Source of the DNA: an uncultured Coriobacteriia bacterium
Lineage (GTDB): Bacteria > Actinomycetota > Coriobacteriia > Anaerosomatales > PALSA-660
Length of the DNA stretch: 64,000 bases
Direction of reading: 5' to 3'
Assembly: GCA_963701985.1 (NCBI GenBank)
Contig: OY969691.1
Coordinates: 1,219,088 to 1,283,087 of the forward strand
The notes beneath the pieces are model-generated. The model had not been told where the DNA came from. It ran no database searches and was given only the letters and a program-made list of their open reading frames with translations. The translations under genes and the position numbers were made by a program. Positions within the stretch are counted from its first letter, which is position 1. Every line of letters starts with the position of its first letter. Below are positions 1 through 9,416 of the stretch, one piece after another.

Positions 1-144
1 GCGCTCCTGCTCACCACCTCCGCGGAGATGATGCCGCTCGCCCAGCACCTCTACGATTCGCTGGGCTTCACCGAGACCGTCCCGTACCGCAACGACATGC
101 CGTGGCCGCACATCCGCTGGATGCGCAAGCGGATCGCCGGGTAG
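1..144 (+). CDS. GNAT-family acetyltransferase, C-terminal fragment (5' end outside window)
   Basis: Frame 1 is open from the window edge to TAG 142-144. The tail ..MMPLAQHLYDSLGFTETVPYRND.. resembles the C-terminal end of GNAT enzymes. Short fragment, weak call. Confidence 0.4.
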   Translation, partial: ALLLTTSAEMMPLAQHLYDSLGFTETVPYRNDMPWPHIRWMRKRIAG

Positions 145-171
145 ATACCTCCGGTACGCGAGTGAGGGAAG

Positions 172-465
172 GTGTCTCAGATGGCGCAGAGATGCGCGGT
201 GACGGACGAGCGGCCCGTGGGCGTGGTGACCCACTACTGGTCGAGGATCGGTGTCGCGGGCGTGCACCTCGACGCTCCGATCGACGTCGGCGACCACATC
301 CACGTCTGCGGGCATTCCGACGATTTCGAACAGGACGTGCGGTCGCTCGAGTTCGACCACCATCAGCTCATGCACGCGGAGGCCGGGTCGGACATCGCCA
401 TCCAGACGACGGCGCAGGCGCACGTCCACGACCGGGTGTTCAAGGCGACGGCGGGCACGTTGTAG
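172..465 (+). CDS. small translation-elongation-factor-like (EF-Tu domain-2 type beta-barrel) protein
   Basis: 97-aa ORF. ..VGVVTHYWSRIGVAGVHLDAPIDVGDHIHVCGHSDDFEQDVRSLEFDHHQL.. matches the ~90-aa family usually annotated 'translation elongation factor-like protein'. Confidence 0.55.
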   Translation: MSQMAQRCAVTDERPVGVVTHYWSRIGVAGVHLDAPIDVGDHIHVCGHSDDFEQDVRSLEFDHHQLMHAEAGSDIAIQTTAQAHVHDRVFKATAGTL

Positions 466-536
466 GGCGGCCCGGCGGGCGGCCGGCGCGTGACGCGTGA
501 CGGGCGCGCGCCGAAAGCGGCCGGGGCGGCCCGGCC

Positions 537-1880
537 TCAGAACTCGAGCGCCTGCAGACGCTCGAAGAGCACACCGACCCGCCGCACAAACGCCTAGGGG
601 TCGAAGCACGCGTCGAGCACCTCGGGCGGTGATGACCGAGTTCGCCTCCGGGTCCGCCTCGAGCTGCTCGCGGAAGGTCGCGCCCCGCGGCGCGCCTGCT
701 GGAGGTCGTCCCAGACCCTCATCGCGTTGCGCTGCACGATCGCGTACGCGTCCTCGCGGGTGATGCCCGGCGTCGACCAGCGCGAGCAGCACGCGTGCTC
801 GAGTAGATGAGGCCGCGCGTCGCTTCGAGGTTCGCCCGCATGTCGCTCGGGATAGACGCACGAGCCCGTCGAGGATCCACTCGAGCTTGCCGAGCAGGTA
901 GTCGAGCGCGATCGTAGGAGTCGGCGAGCACGACGCGCTCGGCCGACGAGTGCGAGATGTCGCGCTCGTGCCACAGCGCCACGTCGTCGAAGCCGACCTG
1001 CGCGTTCGCCTTCACGACGCGCGCGAGGCCGCACGACGCGCTCGGCGGTGATCGGGTTGCGCTTGTGCGGCATCGCCGAGGAGCCCTTCTGGCCCGCGGC
1101 GAACGGCTCCTCGGCCTCGAGCGTGTCGGACTTCTGCAGCGCGCGGACCTCGGTGGCGATCTCCTCGGCGGTGGCGGCCACGGTCGCGAGCACCGCGAGG
1201 AAGTGCGCGTGGCGGTCGCGCGCGATGACCTGCGTCGAGAGCGGGTCCGGGCTGCAGGCCGAGCTTCTCGCAGACGTACTGCTCGACGAACGGGTCGATG
1301 TTGCGAGTAGCTGCCGACCGCGCCCGAGATCGCGCCCCACGGCGCACGAGTTCTCGCGGGCGCGCGAGCAGGCGCTGCTCGGCGCGCTTGCAGCGCCCAC
1401 GCCCACGCGCCGAACTTCATGCCGAACGTCATCGGCTCGGCGTGGATGCCGTGCGTGCGCCCGACGCAGAGCGTGTCGCGCGAACTCGAGCGCGCGGCGC
1501 TTGCAGATCTCGCCGAGCCGGCGGACGTCGTCGATGATGATGTCGATGCGCCTGCGTCATCTGGTAGCACAGCGCCGTGTCGCCGAGGTCGGAGGAGGTC
1601 ATGCCGTAGTGGACCCACTTCGACTCGGCGCCCGATGTGCTCGGCCATGTTGGTGAGGAACGCGATGACGTCGTGGTTGAGTCGTCGCGCTCGATCTCGT
1701 CGATGCGCTCGACCTCGAAGGCCGCCCTCGTCGCGGATGGCGGCCAGCTCGTCGCGCCGGGATCGACGCCGAGCTCGGCCTGGGCCTCGCACGCGAGGAC
1801 CTCGATCTCCTTCCAGATCTCGAACTTGTTCGCCAGCGACCAGATCGGCCCATCTCGGGCCGCGTGTAGCGTTCGATCAT
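537..1880 (-). pseudogene. purB: adenylosuccinate lyase PurB, multiply frameshifted and with an in-frame TAG as assembled
   Basis: Fragments lie in three frames: MIERYTRPEMG, HDVIAFLTNMAEHIG, SSAMPHKRNPITAERV (lyase signature), and LDACFDP-TAG(594-596)-AFVRRVGVLFERLQALEF-TGA(537-539). Confidence 0.85.
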
Positions 1881-2047
1881 CGGGGCTCCCTCAAGCGGCG
1901 TCGGCGCTCACGCGGCCATTATCGCAGGTTTGCCTTCCCCCATCGGCGCGGCGTGCCTCACATCGCGCTCGTCCGCTCGGCGCGAGCCGGCGCGCGGACG
2001 TGTGAGCGGAGCGGCTCGCGGGCAATGTCTCCTCCGCGAAGTCCCAC

Positions 2048-2605
2048 GTGTTGGAGGCGATCCCCATGGCACCGATATCCACTCTGGAGGAGACGCAGCT
2101 GCCCACCCTGCGAGGCGCGCGCGTGACGATCCGCCCGCCCCGGCGGGGCGAGCTGAGCGAGATAGCGTCGATGATGGCGAGCGACCCGGAGGCGAGCGCG
2201 TGGTGGTCCCGCGACCCGAACGTCATCCGCCGCTGGTTCGAGGACCCCGAGTACAACGTGCTCGTCATCGAGGAAGGCGACCGCACGGCCGGCATCATCG
2301 CGTTCGAGGAGGAGGCCGACCCCGACTACCGGTCCGCCGGCATGGACATCACGCTGCTCGAGTGCTGCATCGGCCGCGGGCTGGGGAGCGAGGCGCTGCG
2401 GCTGCTCGCCGGCTGGCTGGTCGACCGGCGCGGCCACCATCGGCTGACGATCGATCCGGCGATGACGAACGGGCGGGCCATCCACGTCTACGAGAAGCTC
2501 GGCTTCCGGCCGATCGGCATCGCGCGCCAGTACGAGCGCGGCCCGAACGGCGAGTGGCACGACAACCTGCTCATGGACATGCTCGCGAGCGAGCTGGTGC
2601 GCTAG
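2048..2605 (+). CDS. GNAT-family N-acetyltransferase (aminoglycoside-6'-acetyltransferase-like)
   Basis: 185-aa ORF with NVLVIEEGDRTAGIIAFEEE, the acetyl-CoA motif IGRGLGSEALRLL, and AIHVYEKLGFRPIG. The start may instead be the Met at 2066. Confidence 0.8.
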   Translation: MLEAIPMAPISTLEETQLPTLRGARVTIRPPRRGELSEIASMMASDPEASAWWSRDPNVIRRWFEDPEYNVLVIEEGDRTAGIIAFEEEADPDYRSAGMDITLLECCIGRGLGSEALRLLAGWLVDRRGHHRLTIDPAMTNGRAIHVYEKLGFRPIGIARQYERGPNGEWHDNLLMDMLASELVR

Positions 2606-2654
2606 TCGGGCGCCGCTCGGCGCGACGCACCCGAGCCGGCAGCCGCCGGGGGCG

Positions 2655-3497
2655 CTAGTACACCTTCGGCACGAACCGCTGCGACGTGATCGGCGGCCGC
2701 ACGTAGTCCTCGCTCGGAGGCTTGCGCGGCGGCAGCTTGAACGGCTTCGGCAACACGTTCTCGTAGGGGATCATCGACAGCAGGTGCGCGATCACGTTGA
2801 GCCGCGCCCGCTTCTTGTCGTCGCCGTCGACCACCCACCACGGCGAGTCGGCCGTGTCGGTGCGCTCGAACATCTCGTCCTTGGCGCGCGAGTACTGCTC
2901 CCAGCGGTCGCGGCCGTCGAGGTCCATCTGGGAGAACTTCCACGACTTGAGCGGGTCGTTGATCCGCTCCTGCAGCCGCTTGTCCTGCTCAGCGTCCGAG
3001 ACCGAGAACCAATATTTGACGAGCACGATCCCGGACCGCACGAGCATCCGCTCGAACTCGGGACAGTCGCGGAAGAAGTCCGCGACGTCGTCCTCGGTGC
3101 AGAAGCCCATCACGCGCTCGACGCCCGCGCGGTTGTACCACGAGCGATCGAACAGGACGATCTCGCCGGCCGCCGGCAGTTCCTCGATGTAGCGCTGGAA
3201 GTACCACTGGGTCGCCTGGCGCTCCGTCGGCTTCGGCAATGCCGCGACGCGCGCGACGCGCGGGTTGAGCGCCTCGGTGATCCGTTGGATCGCGCCGCCT
3301 TTCCCGGCCGCGTCGCGGCCCTCGAAGATGACGACGACCTTGAGGCCTTTGACGCGCACCCACTCCTGCAGCTTGACCAGTTCGAGATGCAGCGCCTCCA
3401 GGTCGCGCTCGTAGGTCTCGACGTCGAGCTTCGGCGCGCGCTTCTTGCCGTCCTTCGCGTCCTTGGCGTCCTTGGCCATCGCGGTCCTCCTCGCCAT
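2655..3497 (-). CDS. ppk2: polyphosphate kinase 2 (PPK2)
   Basis: 280 aa with P-loop FEGRDAAGKGG, QWYFQRY and LFDRSWYNRAGVERVMGF, all typical PPK2 blocks. Confidence 0.9.
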   Translation of the reverse strand: MARRTAMAKDAKDAKDGKKRAPKLDVETYERDLEALHLELVKLQEWVRVKGLKVVVIFEGRDAAGKGGAIQRITEALNPRVARVAALPKPTERQATQWYFQRYIEELPAAGEIVLFDRSWYNRAGVERVMGFCTEDDVADFFRDCPEFERMLVRSGIVLVKYWFSVSDAEQDKRLQERINDPLKSWKFSQMDLDGRDRWEQYSRAKDEMFERTDTADSPWWVVDGDDKKRARLNVIAHLLSMIPYENVLPKPFKLPPRKPPSEDYVRPPITSQRFVPKVY

Positions 3498-3546
3498 CGA
3501 CCGTCACATCCGAGCCGAGCCGCCGGGCCCCGCGTCTCTCTTCGCG

Positions 3547-4014
3547 TCAGACCGTGGACCCGCGCGTCGCGAGCGCCGCGTTCCGGTACGAGGGATCGTC
3601 GGTGATCTCCCGGCCGAACCACCCCGGCGGGCGGAACGCCTTCGCCTCGCCCTCGGACGCGAACTCCACCTCCACGACGTCGAGCCCTTCCAACGCACCC
3701 TCGTAGACGTCGAGCTCCGCGACGACGTCGGTCGCGCCCTCCAGCGCGATCCTGCTGCGCCGCTTCTCGATGCGCCTCCCCGCGGTGGCCGGCCACAGCG
3801 TGTGGAACTGTTCCGCGGTGAGCGCGACCTCCGTCTCGGCGCGGGACAGTCCCCCGGCCGACTTCACCGTGAGCGTGCGCACTCCGTCGGCATCGCGCAC
3901 GCGGACCTCCCCGTCCCCGCACACGAGAAGGTACCCCTGCCGCAGGTGTGCCGTCCTCTCGTCCGGTTCCGGCGCCGGACGCTCGCGCACCAGGAACTTG
4001 CGTTCGATCTCCAT
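3547..4014 (-). CDS. CYTH-domain protein (triphosphate tunnel metalloenzyme family)
   Basis: 155 aa starting with the ExExK signature (MEIERKFLV). Repeated charged beta-strand pattern (EVRVRD, TLTVKS, EVEFAS). Confidence 0.8.
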   Translation of the reverse strand: MEIERKFLVRERPAPEPDERTAHLRQGYLLVCGDGEVRVRDADGVRTLTVKSAGGLSRAETEVALTAEQFHTLWPATAGRRIEKRRSRIALEGATDVVAELDVYEGALEGLDVVEVEFASEGEAKAFRPPGWFGREITDDPSYRNAALATRGSTV

Positions 4015-4032
4015 GCCGCCGACGCCTCCCCG

Positions 4033-6198
4033 CTAGCTCGCACCGGCCGACCTCGCCGCGGCCAGCAGCAGCGCCTCCTGCGCCTGTATCCGCGGCTCGC
4101 CCGGCGCGGGCTCGATCCGCGCGTACGTGCCGTCCGAGCGCATCTCGCGCGCCTTCACGTTGTCCGCCAAGTACGTCGCGAGCACCTCGTCGCGCAGCCG
4201 CCGGACGATCGCCGGGTCGCGCACGGGCGCGAGCACCTCCACGCGCCGGTCGAGGTTGCGCCGCATGAGATCGGCGCTGCCGATCAGCACCGTCGGGTCG
4301 CCACCGTTCTCGAAGTAGTAGATGCGCGAATGCTCCAGGAAACGTCCCACGATGCTCACCACGCGGATGTTGTCGCTCACCCCCGGAACGCCCGGCCTGA
4401 GGATGCACATGCCGCGCACGAGCAGGTCGATCCGCACTCCTGCCCGCGACGCCTCGTAGAGGCGGCGCGCCGTGAGCAGGTCGACGAGTGCGTTCATCTT
4501 GAGGATCATGTGCGCAGGACGCCCGGCGCGCGCGTGCTCGATCTCGCGCTCGATGTGCGCCTCCAGGCCGGACCGGATGGTCCCGGGCGCCACGAGGAAC
4601 CGCTCGTACGAGTGCTCGGTCGCGTACCCGGTGAGGTAGTTGAACAGCTCGGTGGCGTCCTCGCCCATCGCGGGCTCGACGGTGAACAGGTCGAGGTCCT
4701 CGTACTCCAGCGCGGTCACGACGTTGTAGTTGCCGGTCCCGACGTGCACATAGCGCGTGATGTGATCGCCTTCGCGGCGCACGAAGAGCGCGACCTTGGT
4801 GTGCGTCTTCAGGCCGAGCACACCGTAGACGACGTGGACGCCCGCCTGCTCGAGCTTCCGCGCCCATCCGATGTTGCTCTCCTCGTCGAAGCGCGCCTTG
4901 AGCTCGACGAGCGCCGCCACCTCCTTGCCGTTCTCGGCGGCGTCGAGGAGCGCCTCGACCACGGGAGAGTCGCGCCCGACCCGGTACAGCGTGATCTTGA
5001 TCGCCAGCACGTCCGGGTCCGCCGCGGCCTGCTGCACGAGGCGCACGAACGGTTCGAACGATTCGTACGGGCGGTGCAGCAGGATGTCGCGCTCGCGTAT
5101 GACCTCGAAGAGGTCGGGCTCTTCGGCGGCGTGCAGGTCCGGAGGCATGGCGGCATGGAACGGCGCGAATCTCAGGTCGGGGCGGTCGATCCCGTACAAC
5201 GCCATGAGCTGGCTCGCGCCGATCGGTGGGTCGAGCACCACGATGTCGTCGGCCTCGAGCCCCAGGTTCTCCACGAGCACGTCACGCAGGAAGTCGGGCA
5301 ACGAGGGCGTGACCGTGACGCGGACCACCGAGCCGAACCGCCGGCGCCGTACACCCTCCTCGATCGTCTCGAGCAGGTCGGGGGCCTCGAGTTCCTGGAT
5401 GGCGTACTCGGCGTCGCGCGTGACGCGGAACGGGTGGGCGGCGAGGACCTCCACCCCCGGGAACAACTCGCCGAGATGGGCCGTGATGAGCTGCTCCATC
5501 CACACGAAGTAGTACGAACGGTCCGTCGTCACGGTGCACAGGGCGCCGCTGTCTCCCGGCGCCGAGAGCGGCACCAGGCGCGGCAGTGAGCTCGGGACCT
5601 TGACGCGGGCGAAATGCGTCTCGCCGTCCGGCGTGCGGACGTGCACCGCGAGATTCATGCTCAGGTTGGAGATGTGTGGGAAGGGCCGCGCGGGGTCGAA
5701 CGCCAGCGGAGTGAGCACGGGGAAGACGTAGTCGCCGAAGTACGCGTCCGCGCAGCTCTTCTGCGTCTCGTCCAGCTCGTCGTAGTCGAGCAGCCACACC
5801 CCCGCCTCGCGGAGCAGCGGCTTCAGCCGTCCGTATGCGTCGCGCGTGCGCTTGAGGAGTCCGCGCGCGACGCGGCGGCATGTCTCGAGCTGCTGCGCCG
5901 GGGTCATCCCGTCCACGGACAGGTCGCTCACGCCGGCGGCGACCTGCTTCTTCAGCACGGCGATCCGCACCATGTAGAACTCGGCGATGTTCGAGCTCAA
6001 GATCGACAGGAACTTCACCCGCTCGAGCAGCGGATTGCTCTCGTCGTCGGCCTCTTCGAGGACCCTGTCCTGGAAGGCCAGCAAGCTGAGCTCGCGGTTG
6101 ACGTACAGGTCGCGCGAGAGCAGGTCGGGCGCCCGGTCCGCGCCCGGCTCGGAGGCTTCGTCATGCGCTCGCTCGCCGACCGCCGATGTCCGCGCCAT
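4033..6198 (-). CDS. ppk: polyphosphate kinase 1 (PPK1)
   Basis: 721 aa with YVNRELSLLAFQDRVLEEA, KTHTKVALFVRRE and RFLEHSRIYYFENGG. The start ATG shares one base with the ppx stop (TGATG at 6196-6200). Confidence 0.95.
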   Translation of the reverse strand: MARTSAVGERAHDEASEPGADRAPDLLSRDLYVNRELSLLAFQDRVLEEADDESNPLLERVKFLSILSSNIAEFYMVRIAVLKKQVAAGVSDLSVDGMTPAQQLETCRRVARGLLKRTRDAYGRLKPLLREAGVWLLDYDELDETQKSCADAYFGDYVFPVLTPLAFDPARPFPHISNLSMNLAVHVRTPDGETHFARVKVPSSLPRLVPLSAPGDSGALCTVTTDRSYYFVWMEQLITAHLGELFPGVEVLAAHPFRVTRDAEYAIQELEAPDLLETIEEGVRRRRFGSVVRVTVTPSLPDFLRDVLVENLGLEADDIVVLDPPIGASQLMALYGIDRPDLRFAPFHAAMPPDLHAAEEPDLFEVIRERDILLHRPYESFEPFVRLVQQAAADPDVLAIKITLYRVGRDSPVVEALLDAAENGKEVAALVELKARFDEESNIGWARKLEQAGVHVVYGVLGLKTHTKVALFVRREGDHITRYVHVGTGNYNVVTALEYEDLDLFTVEPAMGEDATELFNYLTGYATEHSYERFLVAPGTIRSGLEAHIEREIEHARAGRPAHMILKMNALVDLLTARRLYEASRAGVRIDLLVRGMCILRPGVPGVSDNIRVVSIVGRFLEHSRIYYFENGGDPTVLIGSADLMRRNLDRRVEVLAPVRDPAIVRRLRDEVLATYLADNVKAREMRSDGTYARIEPAPGEPRIQAQEALLLAAARSAGAS

Positions 6199-7730
6199 CA
6201 GGACCCGCCCTCCGTGTCGCTGTCGTTCTCCACCACGACCGTGCGCCCGAACGTCTCCTCGAACAGGTCACGCTTCTTGCGAACGCTGTAGAGCTCCGCC
6301 GTCAGGTCCGGGCCGCCGCGCAGGAGCAGCCGCGTGCTCGCCCCGTCATCGATCACGCGCACGCTCTCCACGCGCTCGCCGCCGCCGCGATCGAGCCCGT
6401 CGGCGATGCGCAGGAGCGACGCGAGCGCGCGGACCGCCGGGCGGTCCGCCGGCTCGATCGCCGACCACGACTCGTGCCGCGACTTCGGCAGCGCCTTCGT
6501 GTGGTACCGGGCGACGGACGCGACGATGCCGAGCTCCCGTCTCGTGAGCGGAGCGAGCGTCGAGTGGAGGATGAGGTGGTAGGAGTGCTCGTGGTGGCGG
6601 TCGTACGAGATGAAGTAGCCGATGTCGTGGAGCATCGCGGCCGCCTCGAGGAGCGGGCGGCACGCGGGATCCAAGTCCAACGTCTCCTCCAGCTGGTCGA
6701 ACAGCGAGAGGGCGAGCCTGGTCACCTGCTCCGCGTGCGCGCGGTCGTAGTCGTAGCGCGTCGCGAGGTCCCGCACCGCGCGCATCAGATCGGGCGTCGC
6801 ATCCGCCACGCCCTGCCGAGCGAGCGTGTCGATGACGATGCCTTCCCGGATGCCGCGCGCGTTGACGAGCACGCGCGGCGCGTCGAAGAGCGCCATCGCC
6901 TCGGCGAGCACGACCACCCCGGGCAGGATGATGTCGGCACGGTCGGCCGGCATGCCCGGCATCTTGAGGCGCTCGGCCGTCGTGCTCGCGCCGAGGACGA
7001 TCCGCAGCCGCATCACCTCTGACCGCTCGACCTCGACGCCGTGGAGTGACTCGTACCGGCGGCCCCGCATCCCGGCCACGAGCGCGGCGATGCTCGTCAC
7101 CGTGCCTCCCGAGCCGACCAGCGACGGCGGGCTCGCCTCGACCGGTACCACGCGTGCTCGCAACGTCCGTCGGACATGCCGCTTCAGCCGCTTGAACGAG
7201 TGCTCGGAGAGCGGGTCCTCCGTCTCGAAGCGCTCCGCGAGGACGCGGGCGCCGAGGCGCATGGACGAGACGGCCGCGGGCTCGCCGTCGAGGGCTTGCA
7301 CGACCTCGACCGACCCTCCACCGATGTCGATCACCGCCGAGAAGTGGGCGCCGCGCGTCTGAGCGCTGGCGCTCAACCAGACGAGCCGCCCCTCCTCCTC
7401 CGCCGACACGACCTCGATCTCCAGCCCGAGCTCCGCGCGCACCCGCTCGACGAAGCCGGCACCGTTCGAGGCGCGGCGCACGGCCTCCGTCGCGACCGCG
7501 CGCACCTCTTGGACGCCGAGGCGCGCGCCGATGTCCGCCACGGCCCTGAGGGCGGCGATCGTGCGTTCCGTCGCGGCGTCCGACAACGCGCCCGTCAGCT
7601 CGAGCCCTTCGCCGAGCCGCGTCATGTCGCGCTCCTCGTCGACGACCCGCCACGGGCCGCCGACCGGCACCTCCACCACGATGGACCGCACGGAGTTCGT
7701 GCCGATGTCGATGACCTGCAGCAGCCTCAC
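6198..7730 (-). CDS. ppx: Ppx/GppA-family exopolyphosphatase with C-terminal HD domain
   Basis: 510 aa. N-terminal ASKHA motif VIDIGTNSVR, DIGGGSVE, and HD region MLHDIGYFISYDRHHEHSYHLI. Confidence 0.9.
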   Translation of the reverse strand: MRLLQVIDIGTNSVRSIVVEVPVGGPWRVVDEERDMTRLGEGLELTGALSDAATERTIAALRAVADIGARLGVQEVRAVATEAVRRASNGAGFVERVRAELGLEIEVVSAEEEGRLVWLSASAQTRGAHFSAVIDIGGGSVEVVQALDGEPAAVSSMRLGARVLAERFETEDPLSEHSFKRLKRHVRRTLRARVVPVEASPPSLVGSGGTVTSIAALVAGMRGRRYESLHGVEVERSEVMRLRIVLGASTTAERLKMPGMPADRADIILPGVVVLAEAMALFDAPRVLVNARGIREGIVIDTLARQGVADATPDLMRAVRDLATRYDYDRAHAEQVTRLALSLFDQLEETLDLDPACRPLLEAAAMLHDIGYFISYDRHHEHSYHLILHSTLAPLTRRELGIVASVARYHTKALPKSRHESWSAIEPADRPAVRALASLLRIADGLDRGGGERVESVRVIDDGASTRLLLRGGPDLTAELYSVRKKRDLFEETFGRTVVVENDSDTEGGS

Positions 7731-8707
7731 ATGGCGCCCTTCAGCGCCGGCGTGAGCGGTGCGAGGAGCGCCTGCATCAGCATCCGCGGCTCGTGCTCGG
7801 CCGCCAGCGCGCGAAATCGCTCGTACTCGTCATGGGAACGCCGTTCCAACAGATCCGCCACCTCGTCGAGATCGTCGGCCGAGACGCCGGCGCGCAGCGC
7901 CTTCTCCCGCCGCTCCGGATCCCGCACGAGCTCGGTGAAGAGGTACAGGTCGTGCATCGTGCCCAAGGTGTCCTGGAACCCGGTGAGCGTGTCGTGCAGC
8001 TCGTCGAACGCCTCACCGTAGCACGGAGCGAACACCTCCACCGCGTAGCGCAGCCGCTTGTAGCAGATGCGGAGCGCGTGCTGCCGGAGCGGCCGCGCCT
8101 CGTCGAGTGCTTCCGGCTGCACGCTGAACGCGGCCTGCGCGCGCCGCTCGACCTCCGCGTGAGCGAACTCGGCGAGCGAGCGCTGGGCGGCCGCTCCGCT
8201 CTCGACCGCGCGCACGAGGCCGCCGAACGACGCCCGTCTCCGCGTCAGATCGAGACGGCCCAGTTCGCGGTCGAGCGTCTCGAGCTCCTGCTCCCGCTGC
8301 CCCATGCGATATCCGATGATGAACGCGACCGCGCGCTTCCCGCCGGCGCCGAGATCGCCGACCAGCGCCGCGAAGGAGTCGATGAAGACGTCCGCGTCCC
8401 TGACGGGCCCCAGCGCGCGCGTGATCCGCTTGACCCGCCGGTACCAGCGACGGAAGTCGCGAGCCGGGTAGACCGGCGCCAGCAGGCGCATCGCCTCTCG
8501 CAGGCGGCGCGACGCGACGCGCATGTCGTGCACGGCGTCCATGTCGGTGCCGGCGCGCGCCTTCGACTCGAGCCGGAAGAGCGGCTTCGCCTTGGCCAGG
8601 AGCAGCAACGGCGCGGCCTCGCCGACGGGCGTTCCGGCCGCCACGCCCGGCACCGCGAAGCGCTCGTCCATCGGTTCGGCCTCCGTTGGCGACAGTGTGC
8701 GCGACAC
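7727..8707 (-). CDS. CHAD-domain protein
   Basis: 326 aa, helical and Arg/His-rich, with the CHAD hallmark AVHDMRVASRRLREAMRLL and a second copy HALRICYKRLRYAVEVF. 4-nt ATGA overlap with the ppx start. Confidence 0.85.
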   Translation of the reverse strand: MSRTLSPTEAEPMDERFAVPGVAAGTPVGEAAPLLLLAKAKPLFRLESKARAGTDMDAVHDMRVASRRLREAMRLLAPVYPARDFRRWYRRVKRITRALGPVRDADVFIDSFAALVGDLGAGGKRAVAFIIGYRMGQREQELETLDRELGRLDLTRRRASFGGLVRAVESGAAAQRSLAEFAHAEVERRAQAAFSVQPEALDEARPLRQHALRICYKRLRYAVEVFAPCYGEAFDELHDTLTGFQDTLGTMHDLYLFTELVRDPERREKALRAGVSADDLDEVADLLERRSHDEYERFRALAAEHEPRMLMQALLAPLTPALKGAM

Positions 8708-8995
8708 GTCCCGGCGGCGGTCAGGCGCGCGACGGGCTCATCGCTCAATCTACCCAAGCATGCCACGCCGTGCGGGGCCACCGCTCGGAGCGTACCGCCG
8801 GCCGCGTGCGCGCGACGAAAGCGCTCGTATCTTTTCGGTTAACTCTCCGCGGCCTTGGCGCGACCCCCGCGCGTGCTCGAGCGGGAAGCGGCGTCGGGGG
8901 GCATCCCGAAGAGGCGCCGCTCCGCCGCGCGAGCACGGGTATGTACCGTTGCGCCATCCCGTCGGGCACGTCACACGCGAGGGAGGAACGCCGAA

Positions 8996-9400
8996 ATGGC
9001 CACGTTCCATGTCCGCAACCAGATCGTGTTCCGGGCGCCGACCCGGGTCGGCTTGCTCTCCGACGTCGCCGAGCGGCTGGAAGGCGCGGGCGTCAACGTG
9101 CTCGCGGTGCGGGGCTACGAAGAAGGCGACGAAGGAGTCGTCCTCATCGACCCGGACGACAGCCGAGCGGCGATGGAGGCGCTCGCCACGCTCGACGGCC
9201 GGGCGGCCACGATGCCGATGATCGTGGCCGAGGTGCCGAACACGCCCGGCCAGCTGGCCGCCGTCGCCCTCACGCTCTCCAACGCGAACGTCAACGTGTC
9301 GCAGCTGTACGCGACCGCCTCGCCGGGCTGCGCGGAAGCGCTCATCGTCCTCGACACGTCCGACAACGTTCGCGCGCTCGAAGCGCTGCAGAAGCTCTAG
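8996..9400 (+). CDS. ACT-domain protein
   Basis: I take the ATG at 8996, preceded by GGGAGGA. Two ACT-like repeats (VGLLSDVAERLEGAGVNVLAV and PGQLAAVALTLSNANVNVSQL). The longer ORF-track start lacks an RBS. Confidence 0.7.
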   Translation: MATFHVRNQIVFRAPTRVGLLSDVAERLEGAGVNVLAVRGYEEGDEGVVLIDPDDSRAAMEALATLDGRAATMPMIVAEVPNTPGQLAAVALTLSNANVNVSQLYATASPGCAEALIVLDTSDNVRALEALQKL

Positions 9401-9416
9401 CGCTACACTCCGCGCC

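Noticed and set aside
3110-5589. Very long ORFs overlapping ppk1, CYTH and ppk2: 3445..5589 (+, 714 aa) and 3110..4867 (-, 585 aa).
   Set aside because: They lie antisense to or out of frame with genes that have unmistakable PPK1/PPK2/CYTH motifs. Their translations are Arg/Ala/Pro/Gly-rich shadow-frame sequence, typical of high-GC DNA.
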